Positions 39,060 through 51,820 of a DNA stretch of 64,000 nt are shown piece by piece (positions within the stretch are counted from its first letter, which is position 1; each line of letters begins with the position of its first letter). The notes beneath the pieces are model-generated. The model was not told where the DNA came from, did no database searches, and saw nothing but the letters and a program-made list of their open reading frames with translations. The stretch is taken from positions 7,006,302-7,070,301 of the forward strand of contig MU058065.1 of NCBI GenBank assembly GCA_013265495.1. Reading direction: 5' to 3'. Both the position numbers and the translations under genes were made by a program. This stretch comes from Vicugna vicugna. Taxonomy: Eukaryota.

Positions 39060-41720
39060 TAGAGCTTTCAATGCATATTGGAAATCAGATGTGGATCTTA
39101 TCTCCAAGGAGTCTAGAGTTTAGTAAGGGGAAAAAGAACTGGAACTTTAAAATGAAGTTATTTGGAATAAGAGAGAGATGGAGAAAGTTCTGTGGGAATG
39201 AAGAAAAAGGAAAGATTATCAGCTAGAGAGATTGGGGAGGCTCTGTGTTGAGTGTGGGTTTTGAACAGAGCTTTGGAAGCTGGGTAGGATTTTGAAAGTG
39301 AGTGAGGTCACTGGAGAGAGAGGATACATAATGAAGACAGGAAAGCACAGGACATGTCTGAAGAATAGAGTAGGTTGGGAACACATAAGCTGAGTGAGAG
39401 AGCATCAGGAAAGGTAGCCTGTGGCCTGCATCCGACTGGTTTTAAATACCAGACTGAGGAGCTTGCATCTTGCCCAGTGGCAATGTAGGAAGTCATTACT
39501 ATGTTTCAGTCAGAAGAGGATGCCACAATCAGGGCTGTAGTTTAAGAAGATATATCTCTGATGGGTCTGGGCAGGAAGGATGCAAACGGGGATAGACTCT
39601 GAGCTAGGAGATTTTAGCTTATTAGCTAGCCTAGGTGATGGGAACTGACCATGGAAATACAAAAGAAGAATTGGGTCAAGGATGCTGTGGGAATAGAACC
39701 AATGCATTTATGAATTGATTGACTGTAGTAGATGAAGAAGAGGGAGACATCAAAGATGATTCTGAAGCTTCATGGATAGAAGCAGAATGATGGTTCCATT
39801 AATGAGCCAGAAGTTAGGAGAAGGAGCAGGTTTGGTGTAAGGTGAAGACCTCAGTATCAGATGTGTTGAGTTTGAGATGACGGTGGAGCCTTCAGGTAGA
39901 GATGTATGGAAGGCAGTTGGACACCTAGAATTGGAGCTTGAAACAGCAGATAGAGCTACAGATTTCAGAGTTGTCCTCACAAAGGTGAAGGTTAAAGCTT
40001 TGGGCATGGATGCGATCTCTATGTCAGAAAGCATGGAGAGAAATGACAGAATGAAATGGCCATGAGGGAAAAGGAGGCCAGGGGAGGCCAGGGGACTGAG
40101 AATGAATGTTCCGGGCAGTGAAAGGAGACTGGGACAGTGGGTCATCACAGAAGTTAGAGTAGGAGAGGGTTTCCAGGAGGAGGAGGGGGAGGTTAGCAGT
40201 GTCACTGTGGAGAGATCAGGGGAAAATTCATCGTGCTTGCCAATTAGGTGGCCCCAGTGATGTTCAAGGGCATATTTTCAGTAGAGTGGTGGTGACAGAA
40301 ACCAGACTGAGGGATTGAGGAGTGAGAGGTGAGAGAGTGAAGACAGCATATCAGTTACTCTTTTGAGTGGTTTTGTGATAAAAGGGAAGAGGATGGTAGC
40401 TGAAGAGAGTAGCAAGATATTGAGAACTTTTTGTGAATATAGGAGCCATGAGAATGCTTTTAAAGAAGGAGAGAGCCCAGGAGGATAATTTAGGCTCAAC
40501 CAGGAGGTGAAGTACCTCTTCATGAAATAAGAATAAAGATGGTTACAGATATAGAGAAATGTTGGTGTCAAGCTTTGGGAGCTTAAATTGAGAACCCAGT
40601 TTTTACACTTTGCTATGGAAATAAGAGATGAGACAAGGCCCATTCCATCATTCATTCAACATGTACTCCTAATCCATGCTACATGCTAGTCTAGGCTCTG
40701 GAAAAATGGTGATAAACAAAAGAGATAAAAACCCTGTTTTTAAGAAGTAGAAACGGACAATAAACAAATAAGCAGATACACATATGATATGTCCAATGGG
40801 TGATTAAGTGTCATAGAGATAAAATAAAGCAGTGAAATGCCAGGGAGGGGTGAGGGATGGGTGAAGGGTGGTTGCACTTTACATAGGATGGTCAGGGAAA
40901 AGGCTTCACTGGTTGGGGAGAGAATGTGCCAGATGGAACAGCAAGTGCAAAGGTCCTGAGTCAGGAGTGTGCCTGGTGTGGGGGATGTAGGGGGCCTGAA
41001 GTCAAAGAGGGGATGACAGTGGGAACCAGCTGGCTGTGGGCCTTGTAGGTGATCATAAGAAATTTAGCTTTTACTAAATACATGATATGAGGAGCCTTAG
41101 GAAGGATTTGGGCAGAGGCATGATATCCCTCGACTTGTTTAAAAAGGATTAGTGTGGCCAGGGTGGAAGGAGACCAGATAGGAAGCTGGTGTTATCGGTC
41201 AGGATGGTGTCTAGAGATGGTTAGATGTGCTCTGGTTGTAGACATATTTGGGAGGTAGAGCCATCAATATTTACAGGGAGACTAGACATGGGATGTGAGA
41301 GAAGGCAAAGTCAAGGATCCTGGCCTGAGCAACTGGAGGATGAGATTCCTCTTTATTGAGATGGGGAAGAATGTGGGAAGAGCTGGCTTAGAGGAATTAT
41401 CAGAAGTGTGATTTTGGCCACGTTAGATTTGAGATGCCCACAGAATGTCCAAGATGGTTGGATATGTAAGTCCGGAGTTGATGGAGGGAAAGTTGGAGCT
41501 TAGAAATGTGGGAGTTGTCAGCATATGGATGGATATGAAGCAAGGAGCTACATGACACTACCCAGTGGGTGAGCACAGATGGAGGAGGTCCCAGGATTAA
41601 GTTCTTGAACATTCAGCAGTTGGAGACATGAGGAGGAACCAGCAGAGAAACTGGTTTGGAGCAGCTTTTGAAGTAGAAGAAACTGAAAAGATGTGTTTCC
41701 CTGGAAGGCAGGAAGGGGTG
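39060..41720 (-). mobile_element. Cluster of L2 LINE fragments
   Basis: Purine-rich L2 motifs (ttgagtttgagatg, gcaagtgcaaaggtcctgag) and the L2 tail cattcattcaac at ~40650. Confidence 0.8.
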
Positions 41721-42478
41721 ATATTTGCCCCTGTGTGGCCCCTGTGGTGTGAGATGGGTTGGAATCAGCTGGGGTGAATAAAAGGACATCGCTGGTCCTT
41801 ACAGTTCATCCAGGCTGGCTCATCTTAAGAACATTTCAGCGGTGCCCAGCGGTTTGGGGCAGTAGTAGGAAATCCTAAGTGGTTCCCATGGAAGGGGATT
41901 ACTAAGGAGGGGTGTGATGGAAGACTGAAGGGCTGAGGGGTGCTCTGATGCTAGAGAAGATGACCCTCGGGCTCAGACTAGCAGGGTCACTGGTGAATCC
42001 TGGAAGAGACAGGTGACCATGAGAGTGGGGAGGTCCTGGGATGGGGCTGCACTGAATGTGAGGGCAGGTGGGGCAATAGGATTGAAATCTCCTGGTCCCA
42101 GGCCGGTACCTTCTTGCTCCATGCTGGGGTTAGAAAAGAGAGATGTGGGTGGTGTCCTTCCGGACAGTAGCAAGTCCACCTGCCCTTTGGAGAAGCAAGA
42201 CCCTGGACCACCCTCTTTTCTTGTCTGCCACCCTGCCCACCTCCCTCCAGTGTGTGGCCAGATCCCAGACTCAGAACACCAATTAATCTTGATTTTCTCT
42301 TTGTTTTTGTTTTGTTTCGTCTTGTTTAATGCCTTGTCCCTTGCATTCTCCGTGTGTCCCGTGTCCATCTGTCCCCTGTGCCGTGGGTGTGGTGCCTTCC
42401 TTGCCTGGTGTCCTCCCCTCCACCCTGCCTCCCCTCCCTGCTTCCCTCTGCCGGCTCCCCTGGGGTGGGGATGGGCAG

Positions 42479-42565
42479 CGTACAACGCCAGGCTGCAGGG
42501 CATTGGGCGGAGTGTCAGCTCCGGGCACCATCCTCTCCACCGGCTCCGATCCACCTCTCTCTCTG
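42479..42565 (+). CDS. TNS1: Putative alternative cassette exon of tensin-1: (A)[28 protein letters not shown]
   Basis: cag acceptor after a 202-nt AG-free pyrimidine/GT-rich zone, donor gttggt. 87 nt, phase 1-1, no stop, and it fits between ...AHRVA and GVQAREK. (T)GCATG cluster downstream. Confidence 0.7.
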
Positions 42566-45500
42566 GTTGGTTCCTCTCCTCCTCCCATCTTTGCTCTCAG
42601 TTTCTCCCTCTTGCTTTCCGCCTTCATGTGCTATTCCCGCTAGACTTTTACCCACTTTCTTCCACCCTCCTCATTTCCCACTTCTTCCTCACTTTTCTTT
42701 CTCTCCCTCTTCTGTTCTTTTCTTTCTATCTTTTTTATTCTCATGGCCCTCCTCCTCTCTCCTTGCCCACCTCTCCTCCTCCCTCTCCCTCCTCCCTCTC
42801 TTTTCTGCATGAGCAAGTGCTCCCACTTCTGCATGGACACGGCATGATGCTTCCAGCCTTGGCCTTCCCTGCTGGGAACAGGATCTGGGGTGACTAGACC
42901 AACTTTCAGAGTCCTGGTGGACACTCAGGGCTTTGCAATGAGGGTGCTCAGTGAGAGTTCAGGACAGCCTGGCTCTTTAGCTGCCCCAACCAGACCACCT
43001 GGGCCACCTGGCCAGAGCCTCAGTGGGTGCAGTACTTTGCATGGACCATCGGGCTCAAGACACAAGCTGGTGCCCTGGCACCAGCTGCTCCATCCACTCT
43101 TGAGTACACACTCCCTGGGGACAGGGCACCCCCTCTGACCTCATCCTGAGCCTCTGATCCTAGGAACCAGGGCCAAGAGTCAGAAGCCCTGGGTGTGGTC
43201 CCGGCTCTGCCTGCGACCACCTCTGTGACGCTTCTGGGTGAGTCTCTGAATTGCTTTGAGCTCAATCTCCCAGTGTGACAGAGGATCATAGCCCTGCTGG
43301 GTGCTATTTGCACGATGCCTTGATGCACCCCAATATCGTGAACCCTCCATCAAGGGTCACGTTCCTCTCTTTGTTGTAGTCCACTAGCGTCTCTCTCCCT
43401 GGCTCTCGGACATCCAGCCCGTAGGCTTTTAACCCTGGTGAGGGACTCCCCAAACCCTTTCCCTGCTCCGTGGAGCCCGGCGGCCCAGGTAGGGAGATCA
43501 TGTGCTCGGGCTTACCCTGTGCGTGGCCGTGAGCAGTTCTGGGAGAAGGCTCACCGGGCGGTGGGAACTGTTGACTCCCAGAGGCAATACCTGGTGCTTC
43601 CACGACCCCTCTTTCTCCCAGCCCATGGATAAAGGGAAGATGGCTCTAGAAGAACGCGCCCTGTCCACCTCCTCTCCTGCCCTTCACCCTGCTCTCGGCC
43701 CAGGGGTGGGGAGGCGGTGTTCCGCTGGGCCTGGGGGCTTGGGGGCGGTTCTGGGGTGGCCCTGTCCGGAGGGGAGCTGGCATGGCTTGCCCTGGGGCTG
43801 CTAGTGTGACTGCCGTGTGGCTTTCTGGTGCCCTGGCCCAGCAGGTGGCCTCCCGGATCCCCTCACTCCTGGAGCCCCAGGCAAGCAGTTGGACACCCAG
43901 CCCTGCCACCTGGAGCCGAGGAATCCAGCCTTTGGAGATTGGAAGGCTGGAAGGAAGAGCTGGGTCTGGGGGGTAGAAGCGTCCAGTCCAGGGGGCATAG
44001 GGGAGGCATGTGATGAAGCCCGACCTGAGGGCATTTGTCTGCAGGGGCCGAGGAGCGGCTGGCAGCCATGCTCTATCAAGGTGGTGTATCAGTGTGTGCT
44101 GGGGCTGCAGCCCCTAGAGTTGCCCGTGTGTGTGTGTGTGCGTGTGTGTGCGCGTGCGCAAGCGCGCCCACGTATGTGATGAAGGGGGTTCACGGCCTCA
44201 GGTGCAGCCCACTTTAGGTGAGCTTTGGAGCCATCTGTCCCCCTACGCGCAGCACCATCCTGGGGGGCAGAGTGAGAACCCACAGGAGGTGGGGCTATTC
44301 CTGTGCCCTGCTTGTCTTGTCTGGTGGCCGGTGTGGAGGCCCTGGGCTGCAGTGACTGCCATCCTCCAGGCGGTGGGGAAGGCCTGATGCCCACAGGGTG
44401 TGAGCGGCTCTTGGAGGACGACAAAGGGCCTCTGGATGTAGCGTATTATCATTGTAAGGGCCACTTTCTGGCCATCAGGGTATCCGTTCCTCTGGGATGG
44501 GAGCTCGAAGGCTGGACTCACCAGCTTTGCTGGGAAGACCTTCCAGGGCCCCTTGCCTGCCTCTCTTTCCTCCTTTCTTCATGAGCTCCCTCTGGGCCCC
44601 GGTTTCCTGGTGGGAAAAGGCTGATGGTGGAGCTTCTGAGGGTGACTGTGCCCCACTGCTGTACCTGTCGGGCTAAGGCTGTGTGCGCCCCCGCCTGTGT
44701 ATGCATGTGCCTGTGTGCGTGCAGGAAGAGACAGAGGCCCTGAGAGCGGGGCCAGGGCCAGGAGGCTGAGAAGGTCCCAGGGTCGGGGGTGGTGGGGGAG
44801 GTGGGCAGTGTGGGGAGCAGGCCTATTTTCATTATCCATCCGTCTCTGGGATGTGAGGGAGGGGTGTTCTCCCTCTGACACTGGCTGTCAGCTTGTGTCC
44901 AGACATCCCAGCTTGGCTGAAGAACAATGGAGCTCTCTTCTCTCCCCTCTGCCGTGGCCCGCCTCCCCTCCCATAGAGAAAGACAAGGGAGAGAGAACAT
45001 GGCTCTCTGAGCACTCCAGGGCATATCTGGGCCTGCCAAGGGGGACAACAGTGAGACACTGTGTTCAAAGAATGTGAGAGGCCCAGGCCGGCCACTGGGG
45101 CTGTGGGGGCACTCTGTGGGAGAGGGGCTGCCCCCGTGGGAGTGGAATGCAGGGTCTTCCCCCATCCGCAGTGGAGACTCTGCCCTGCAGCACCCTAGCT
45201 CTTTTTACATCAACCTGTTCACACCCCTGCCTCTGGACAGAGCATGCTCCCGCGTGCCGGTCTGGTAGCAGCGGCAAGGGGGCTTGAAGAGGTGTGATTG
45301 CTCTCAAGTGTCTGACCACCTTGGGCTGGGGTCTCGCATCTTCACAGCCCAGAAGCCCCTCCAACAGTCCAGCCTCCTCTCCGGGTGGCTGCAACCATCT
45401 GCAGTCCCTGAACATGGAGGACGTTTTGGACGTGTCAGGGAGAATGTTCTCTGTCCCTCTGGGAGATTCAGGCCCTCAAATTGAAACAGACCCATTTCTC

Positions 45501-47578
45501 AAGGGCAGACATCAGATCCCCAAATGGGGAAACTGGCCACCCTTTGTAATGGCAGAGGGATCCACCAGAAAGAGGCTGTGGGGCTGGGTGAGCTGGAACT
45601 GAGACGAGCCCTAATGCATTTCTTTTAACCTTGGGGCTGAACTTGGTTCCAAACCCCAAGAGCCTTTCCCGAATGGGCCTCCTTTGTCACATTATTATTA
45701 GAAAATCAATGGCTATGTCTGTTTCTCTCTAATGTTTTTGCCAGGAATGAAACCAGCAGCAGCTCTGCACCAAACTGCGCAGGGAGGCCTGAAAGGGAAG
45801 GGAACTTGGTGGAGGTGGGGGAAACGTAGCCCCCACGGGGGTCCCCACCCGAGTTGAGGGGAGGTACAGCTGCTTCTCTGATGGCTGGGAGCCTGGGATT
45901 GCTGTAGGGCCCCTGGGCACTGCTCAGCCACTTAGAGCTGCGCCCCATCTTTCATCTGGGCTGTTGCTCATAATGGCCCCATTTTTCTATTCTGAGAATA
46001 AGGGCCCTTCGAGGTGAGGGACTTACTTGCTTTAAGTAAAGCCGTTTGTGAGACTGGTTTAATGTCTTCAACCGGGGCTCTTTTTTCTCACTTGGGATGG
46101 TAGGCAGGCTGCTTCTGAATAATGAAGAGCCCAAAGTGGAACCCCAGAACACCCCTCCCCCACCCCAGGGTACCTTCTGCATTTGCAGAGTCGTGCCGGT
46201 CCTGCTGCTGTCCAGAGGGGACTCCCAACTATGGGACAGTGTGCATGTCTCGGAGTGACTATGTATGAGAGAGAGAGTGTGTCCGTCCCTAGACTTGGCA
46301 GCCGGCAGCCTGCTGTTCATGAGTAGGAAGGCTTCCCAGTACGTGCTTGTCATGGCAGCCTTAGTGGCTGTGCCAGGCGGGAGCTGGAGAGCCCCCCAGG
46401 GCCACGCAGACCCCACTGTGGAGGGTAGATGATGATTCAGTTTGAATGAGGGTGATTTCTGCTTGGCTGCACTGACTCTTTCCTGGCGCCAGCTGTGTAT
46501 GTGTGTGTGCACGCGTGTACTTGAGTGTGTGTGTGCACGGGTGCCATGGGGCAGTCTTTCCACAAGTGCTGGCCTGAGGCTGGTGTAGCCAGAGTCTCAC
46601 AGTGCCTTTGGTAAGTCCCAGCACCTCCCCTTACCTCGCCTGCCCTCGTGGGTGGTGGTGAGGGCCGGGCTGAGAGTTTCCTCCTTCAGGGTAATGAGGA
46701 TGAGGGGCACGCCCTCAGGCTGGGCCTTGGCCTCTGGGCCCTGGGGAGTAAGTTTTCTAGGATTCTGGAGCTAGCTCAATGAGGCAATGGGTTTCGTGCC
46801 GCAGCCCAGCTGTGGGAAGAGGGGTGGGAAGGGAGGAGGGTGAGATTAACAACGGTCCCAGGCCCGTGGACTGGAAGGGAAGTACACAAAAGCAGATGGA
46901 GCCCATGACTCTAGGCTCTTTGCCTGCTGTTCTGCTGGGAGGGGCAGGCTGGGGACCTGGACCATCTTTGGGGCAAGAAGTGGGTGGGTAGATAAGGGGT
47001 CAGCATAAAGGGAAATCAGTAGGAGGTTTTAGAGGTGCACTGGATGAAGTTTGGGGAACCCCAGAGAAGGCCAGTGATATTCCAGGGGCCGGCTAGGGCC
47101 GGGACGTCATGACGAGTCTTAGTCATTTCTTGGTTTCTTCTCGGGAGCATGGTTTGCAGGATGAGGCATCATCCACTCTTTCCAAAATCCTTCCCCACGG
47201 GCCTGGTGTTGCTTGTTGGTTGATGCAGTCGCCTTGGAGACTGTCTCTCCTCCCACCACCTTCCCTCACTTGCCTGGAAGCTCTGGCCCTCTGCCTCCGG
47301 GGCTTGGAAGAAGTTGACATCTGTTTCTTGTATCAGTCCTTTGTGCTCCAGGCCCCAGCCCTGTGCAGAGTAGAGATTCTTGGTGAAGGCTAGCTCAATC
47401 GAAGCAGGTCCCCAACCCTGCAGAGAAACCCGGGTGTGGGCAGAGGCAGGCTGCGGGGAGATGAGCCCCGCTCCAGCTTGGCCCCCTGGGCTGAGAGGCA
47501 CTGCCCTCTCTGGGGGAATGATCGAGCCTTTCCCCTGTGTCATGCTCATCACCTTCTGCGCCCTGCCATTCCTCCCAG

Positions 47579-47775
47579 GGGTGCAGGCTCGGGAGAAGCA
47601 GCCTGGAGAGCCCCCAGCACCTCTCCGGAGGCGGGCGGCCAGCGACGGGCAGTATGAGAACCAGTCGCCAGAACCCACATCCCCCCGTAGCCCGGGGGTC
47701 CGCTCCCCTGTCCAGTGCGTCTCCCCGGAGCTGGCTCTCACCATCGCTCTCAATCCTGGAGGGCGGCCCAAAGAG
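47579..47775 (+). CDS. TNS1: Tensin-1 coding exon: (G)[31 protein letters not shown]...NPGGRPKE
   Basis: Acceptor tcccag, donor gtgagt. 197 nt, phase 1-0. Confidence 0.96.
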
Positions 47776-48185
47776 GTGAGTCCTGGGGCCATGTTCTGGG
47801 GCCCCAGAGGGTAGCAGAGCCCACCTGGACTGTTCAGGAATTTGATGGTCACCTGGGTGGCACTGACCTGTCAGTAAACTCAGTAATTTTTCCTCCCTAG
47901 GTCTCCTCCCTGGCCTGTGGAGCCCATTTCCTTCTCTAAATAGCTTTTATGCCCCTACTTCTTCCATGAACACTGAGGCTGAGGTTCCCTTCTGACCCCT
48001 AAAGAGGGCGCCTTAGTAGGGTGGTCAGCACCCTGGATATGACATAGGTGACCGCAGTCTCTAAACTCCAGGCCAGATCCTATAGACTGAGAGTTTTTGA
48101 GCCCTTTCTAGACATTGGGTTTTCTTGGGAGATCTAATTTCAGTGCCAAAGCGCATTTCTGAGACGTTTCAGTAGTTTGAGGAAG

Positions 48186-48342
48186 TAGGTCTTAAACTTT
48201 AATGAGGTTAACAGTCACTAGGGAGTTTGTTTAAAATGCAGATTCCCAAGTCCCTGTCCAGAAAGCCTCGCAGGGACCCAGGACTCTGCATTTTAAACAT
48301 GCGCCCTGGAAGATCCTGATGTGAGTGGTCCGTGTTTGATAA
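48186..48342. mobile_element. MER5A-like DNA transposon
   Basis: ttgtttaaaatgcagattccc...ctgcattttaaaca. Confidence 0.65.
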
Positions 48343-48677
48343 AACCCAGGCTAACAAGTCATTCTGGATATAAATGACTTTTGGACATCTTTTCTCTCCT
48401 GCCTTCTGGCAGGACCCCAGTGCCCTGCCCCAACCCTCTTCTCTTTGGCCTTGTTGTGAAATATTTCCAAGGCAGGTGCTACTGGACTGTGGCAAACAGC
48501 CACTTTCTAGTCTCTTGACTGCAAAAAGTTGTTGGGACCGCAGATGGTGAAGGTCTCCCTTCAACCTCTGTGTTAACCTGGGGAGGGTGAGGGGCCAGCC
48601 TGGTCAATTGGGAGCCTTCCTCCTCGGGGTCATGGGCACCCATGGGTACCCCCTTTCCCTCCCTTGTTGTCCTGCAG

Positions 48678-48753
48678 CCCCATCTTCACAGCTACAAGGA
48701 GGCCTTCGAGGAGATGGAGGGAAGCTCCCCGACCAGCCCACCGCCCAGTGGGG
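48678..48753 (+). CDS. TNS1: Tensin-1 coding exon: PHLHSYKEAFEEMEGSSPTSPPPSG
   Basis: Acceptor ctgcag, donor gtaaga. 76 nt, phase 0-1. Confidence 0.95.
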
Positions 48754-49715
48754 GTAAGAACTCTGCACTCAGCCTACTTTCCCTGCGTCCCCTCTGGCCT
48801 GTGTAAGCTCTCCAGGTTTGGGGGTGCTGGCAAAGTTGGGCAGGGCCAGAACCTGCTGCTTCTCATCCCTGTGGCTCGTTTTACTTCAGCCTCCCTCCCC
48901 CACTGCTCTTCTGTCCCGTTGTCCATGCTCACACATCTAAGGATGCAGCAGCCACAGGCCTAGCATCCAGACTGACCTACGACCACAGGGCTCCTGGACT
49001 CCTGTATTGTGGAGTTTGCCTGGTTGATGAGAGCCTTATGTACAAAACATCCCCCGTCGTAAAGTGATTCTTTGTGACTTGCTGCTGTATCTCTGAGACA
49101 CCCCCGGGCCTTCTTGCTTCCGATCCTTGTTTCTGTCTGGGTTCAGGCACCTCTTCCACTGTGGGCAACCTGTTTAATTTCCACCAAGGAAAGAAAGGCT
49201 CAGAACCCTCAGGCTGACCATGTCCCCATCTCATCCATCTCTTGGCCTCCAGATAGGAGCGTTTAGTCTGCATCTCCCTGATGCTCTCACTGGAGAGGCA
49301 AATCCCTGAAGGGCAGAGACATTTCCACCCACAGAGAAGACCTGGGTGAGCCTAGGAGAGGGGCAGTGTTCCTGTTTATGGTAGAAGAGATGAGGAGGAG
49401 CTGGGGGAGGCCGTGATGGAGCAGTACTCAGGGTCCCTGTGAGAGTCCCAGGTTGGCAGAGATGGAGAGACTGATGATGCTCTAGGGTCAGATTGGGTGG
49501 GCCTGGCCCAGGCTATCCATTTGCTCCTGTCAGAGGGGAGGAGGGTGAGGACAGGAGAGTCAGAGCTGGCCATGCCTTCTGGTGGTTGGCTGTCCTGCAC
49601 AGGGAAGGAGTGTGGCACCGGTACCTGTCCTCTGGGCCAGCAGAACTCATGCTGGCTACCATCTTGGATAAGCAGGAGACTGAAGTTAGGAGTGGACACC
49701 ACGGCTGTCCCTAGA

Positions 49716-50152
49716 GCAGCACTGTCCAATGGAAAAATAACATGAGCCATATTTGCAAGAGGAAATTTTCTAACAGCTCCATTAAAAAACATATAGGAAA
49801 CTGGAGAAGTTAATTGTAATGACTTTTAAAATTTAGCCCCAAATATCTAAAATATTATTATTTTGATAGGTAAATCAAAATCAAAATATTAATTATATAT
49901 CTTACAATCTTTTTTAAAAAATCAAAGAGGCTGATGAAATTAATTTTGATAATAGGTTTTATTTAACCCCAAAGATCTAAAATATCATTTCAATATGTGC
50001 TCAGTATAAAAAGATATTTTGCATCATTGTTTCATACTAAGCCTTTGAAATCCAGTGTGCGTTTTACACTTACAGCACATCTTGGCTCAGTCTGGCCGCA
50101 CTACAGGTGCTCCATAGCCTCGTGTGGCTCGTGGCTCCCATACAGGACAGTG
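49716..50152. mobile_element. MER33/MER3-like hAT-Charlie element
   Basis: Inverted ends cagcactgtccaat... and ...taggacagtgc with an AT-rich interior. Confidence 0.7.
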
Positions 50153-51782
50153 CGAGCCCAGGGCAATCTGTTCAAGACAGTTCTGTGGCCTTTTGTGACT
50201 CCATGGAATCTCTCTCCCTGGTCTTAACCCCTGCTCTGATTCCCTGTTGGTCCCAACAGCCAGGATCCTGGCCATCACCCTGTTTGGGATGAAGCCATCT
50301 GGGCCAGGCTAGAGTTGGGTTCTGCCACATGTTTCTGTTCCCATTCTTCCCTCCCTCCCCTTGGCCAGTCCCGGGTGCTCCCGTGGGAAGAATAAGTTAG
50401 AGGTTTCCTCTATGCACAGGGTTGGGAGAGGGACAGAGGCGGAGAAATGTGAGGAATTCTTTTCTTGGGAAGCCAAGCGTTGCCTGGCTTTAGGGCCACC
50501 CACTAGTCTGCCTCAGCAGAAGGGCCAGATGCCTGGGGACTGAAGACAGGAGTGATTAGGGAGCTGGAGGTGCTGAGGGGAGCCTTGAGAAACCTCCCAC
50601 TGCCTCTTGTCCCCTCGTCCCCTGCACCTCCTCTCATTGTTTCACCTGTGCCTCTGTTGCACTTGTTAGGGAAACACATGCGGACTTCTGGGCTGGAGAG
50701 GCTTCGTGCTCATTCTTCCATAATTAATTATATTCAAATGCATTAATAAGTGTTTGATAAGTGTCTGTTACAAGACACCTCTGTGTGTGTGTGTGTGTAT
50801 GTGTGAGAGAAGGAGGGACAGACAGAAGCACGCAGGCCTAGACCTACCCCAGGCCTGGACGTGTGTGTTGGTATGTGTTTGTCCTCTCTGCTGTATTTGT
50901 CCGTTGGATATCTCAGGATGGAGTGAAGGTGGAGTGACAGGTGGGCCACGCATCTGGACTCGTGTGATGGCTCTCTTTTCCCATGGACACCTATGTACAC
51001 CTGCGCGTGCACAAACAAGTTATTTAAATTGCCTGCATTGAAAGATTATATTTTGGAGGGGCTAGTTGCCTTTAGGTCTCACTGTCTTTTGGGAAAGGGA
51101 AGCAGTGCCAGGGAAGGTCCCCAAGCTGCTGTGTTGGTCCTAGGCACCCGAGGGCCACAGCTAGTCTGTTGAGGCCATCAGTGTGGGGCAGGCAGCCTCG
51201 GGCTCTGGCAGTTCTGTGTGGCTGCTGTCCTCAGTGGCTGTGGCCTCTGCAGGCTCCTGAGAGCTGTGATAGGAGACACAGAGCTCATTTCTTTACTTCT
51301 TGAAGAGGTGTATTAGGAGACGTGGCAGCTGCCACTGAGAAATCTCGTGACTGGGCAGAGCAACTGCCCAGCATCAGCTCAGAGTCTGGCCATGTCCTCG
51401 GCTGATGGGAAAAAGCCTGACTGCCCTTTCTGACCTGTGTGTCCTGTGACACTTCCAACCCAGACAGGCGGCGTGGGAGGGAGCTGGGGTTCGCGCAGGG
51501 AAGTGGTGCTCTTGGCCGAGGATTGTGGAGATGGGGCTTCTTCCTCTTCCAAAACATTGAGGTTTTGAGGGGTGGGTAAGAGAGCCTCTGCTGAGGAATT
51601 CTTTCCTCCTGGGGTTTGCAAGGGATCTGCTTGCTTGAGGGCCAAAGCCCTGTGACCAAGGGCTGGTCTGGGTCCTAGGGTTGGTTCTGCTGGTGGTCCC
51701 TTCCTCGCCTTCTGTCCTTTACAGGGTGCGCCATCTTAATACTACATTTTCTTTAAGTCCATCTACGTGCCTTATTTAGAAA

Positions 51783-51785
<3 letters not shown>

Positions 51786-51818
<33 letters not shown>
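51786..51818. repeat. (TG)16 microsatellite
   Basis: Read directly. Other TG/CA runs occur at 26759-26782, 33858-33878, 44126-44160 and 52653-52677. Confidence 0.95.

Positions 51819-51820
<2 letters not shown>

Noticed and set aside
42013..42897. 294-aa hydrophobic ORF resembling a membrane protein
   Set aside because: The Leu/Phe/Ser/Pro richness comes from polypyrimidine tracts. Only 42479-42565 has exon features.
43380..43487. Acceptor ttgtag and donor cag|gtaggg pair
   Set aside because: The required phase-1 frame hits TAG immediately, and the alternative acceptor gives a phase mismatch.
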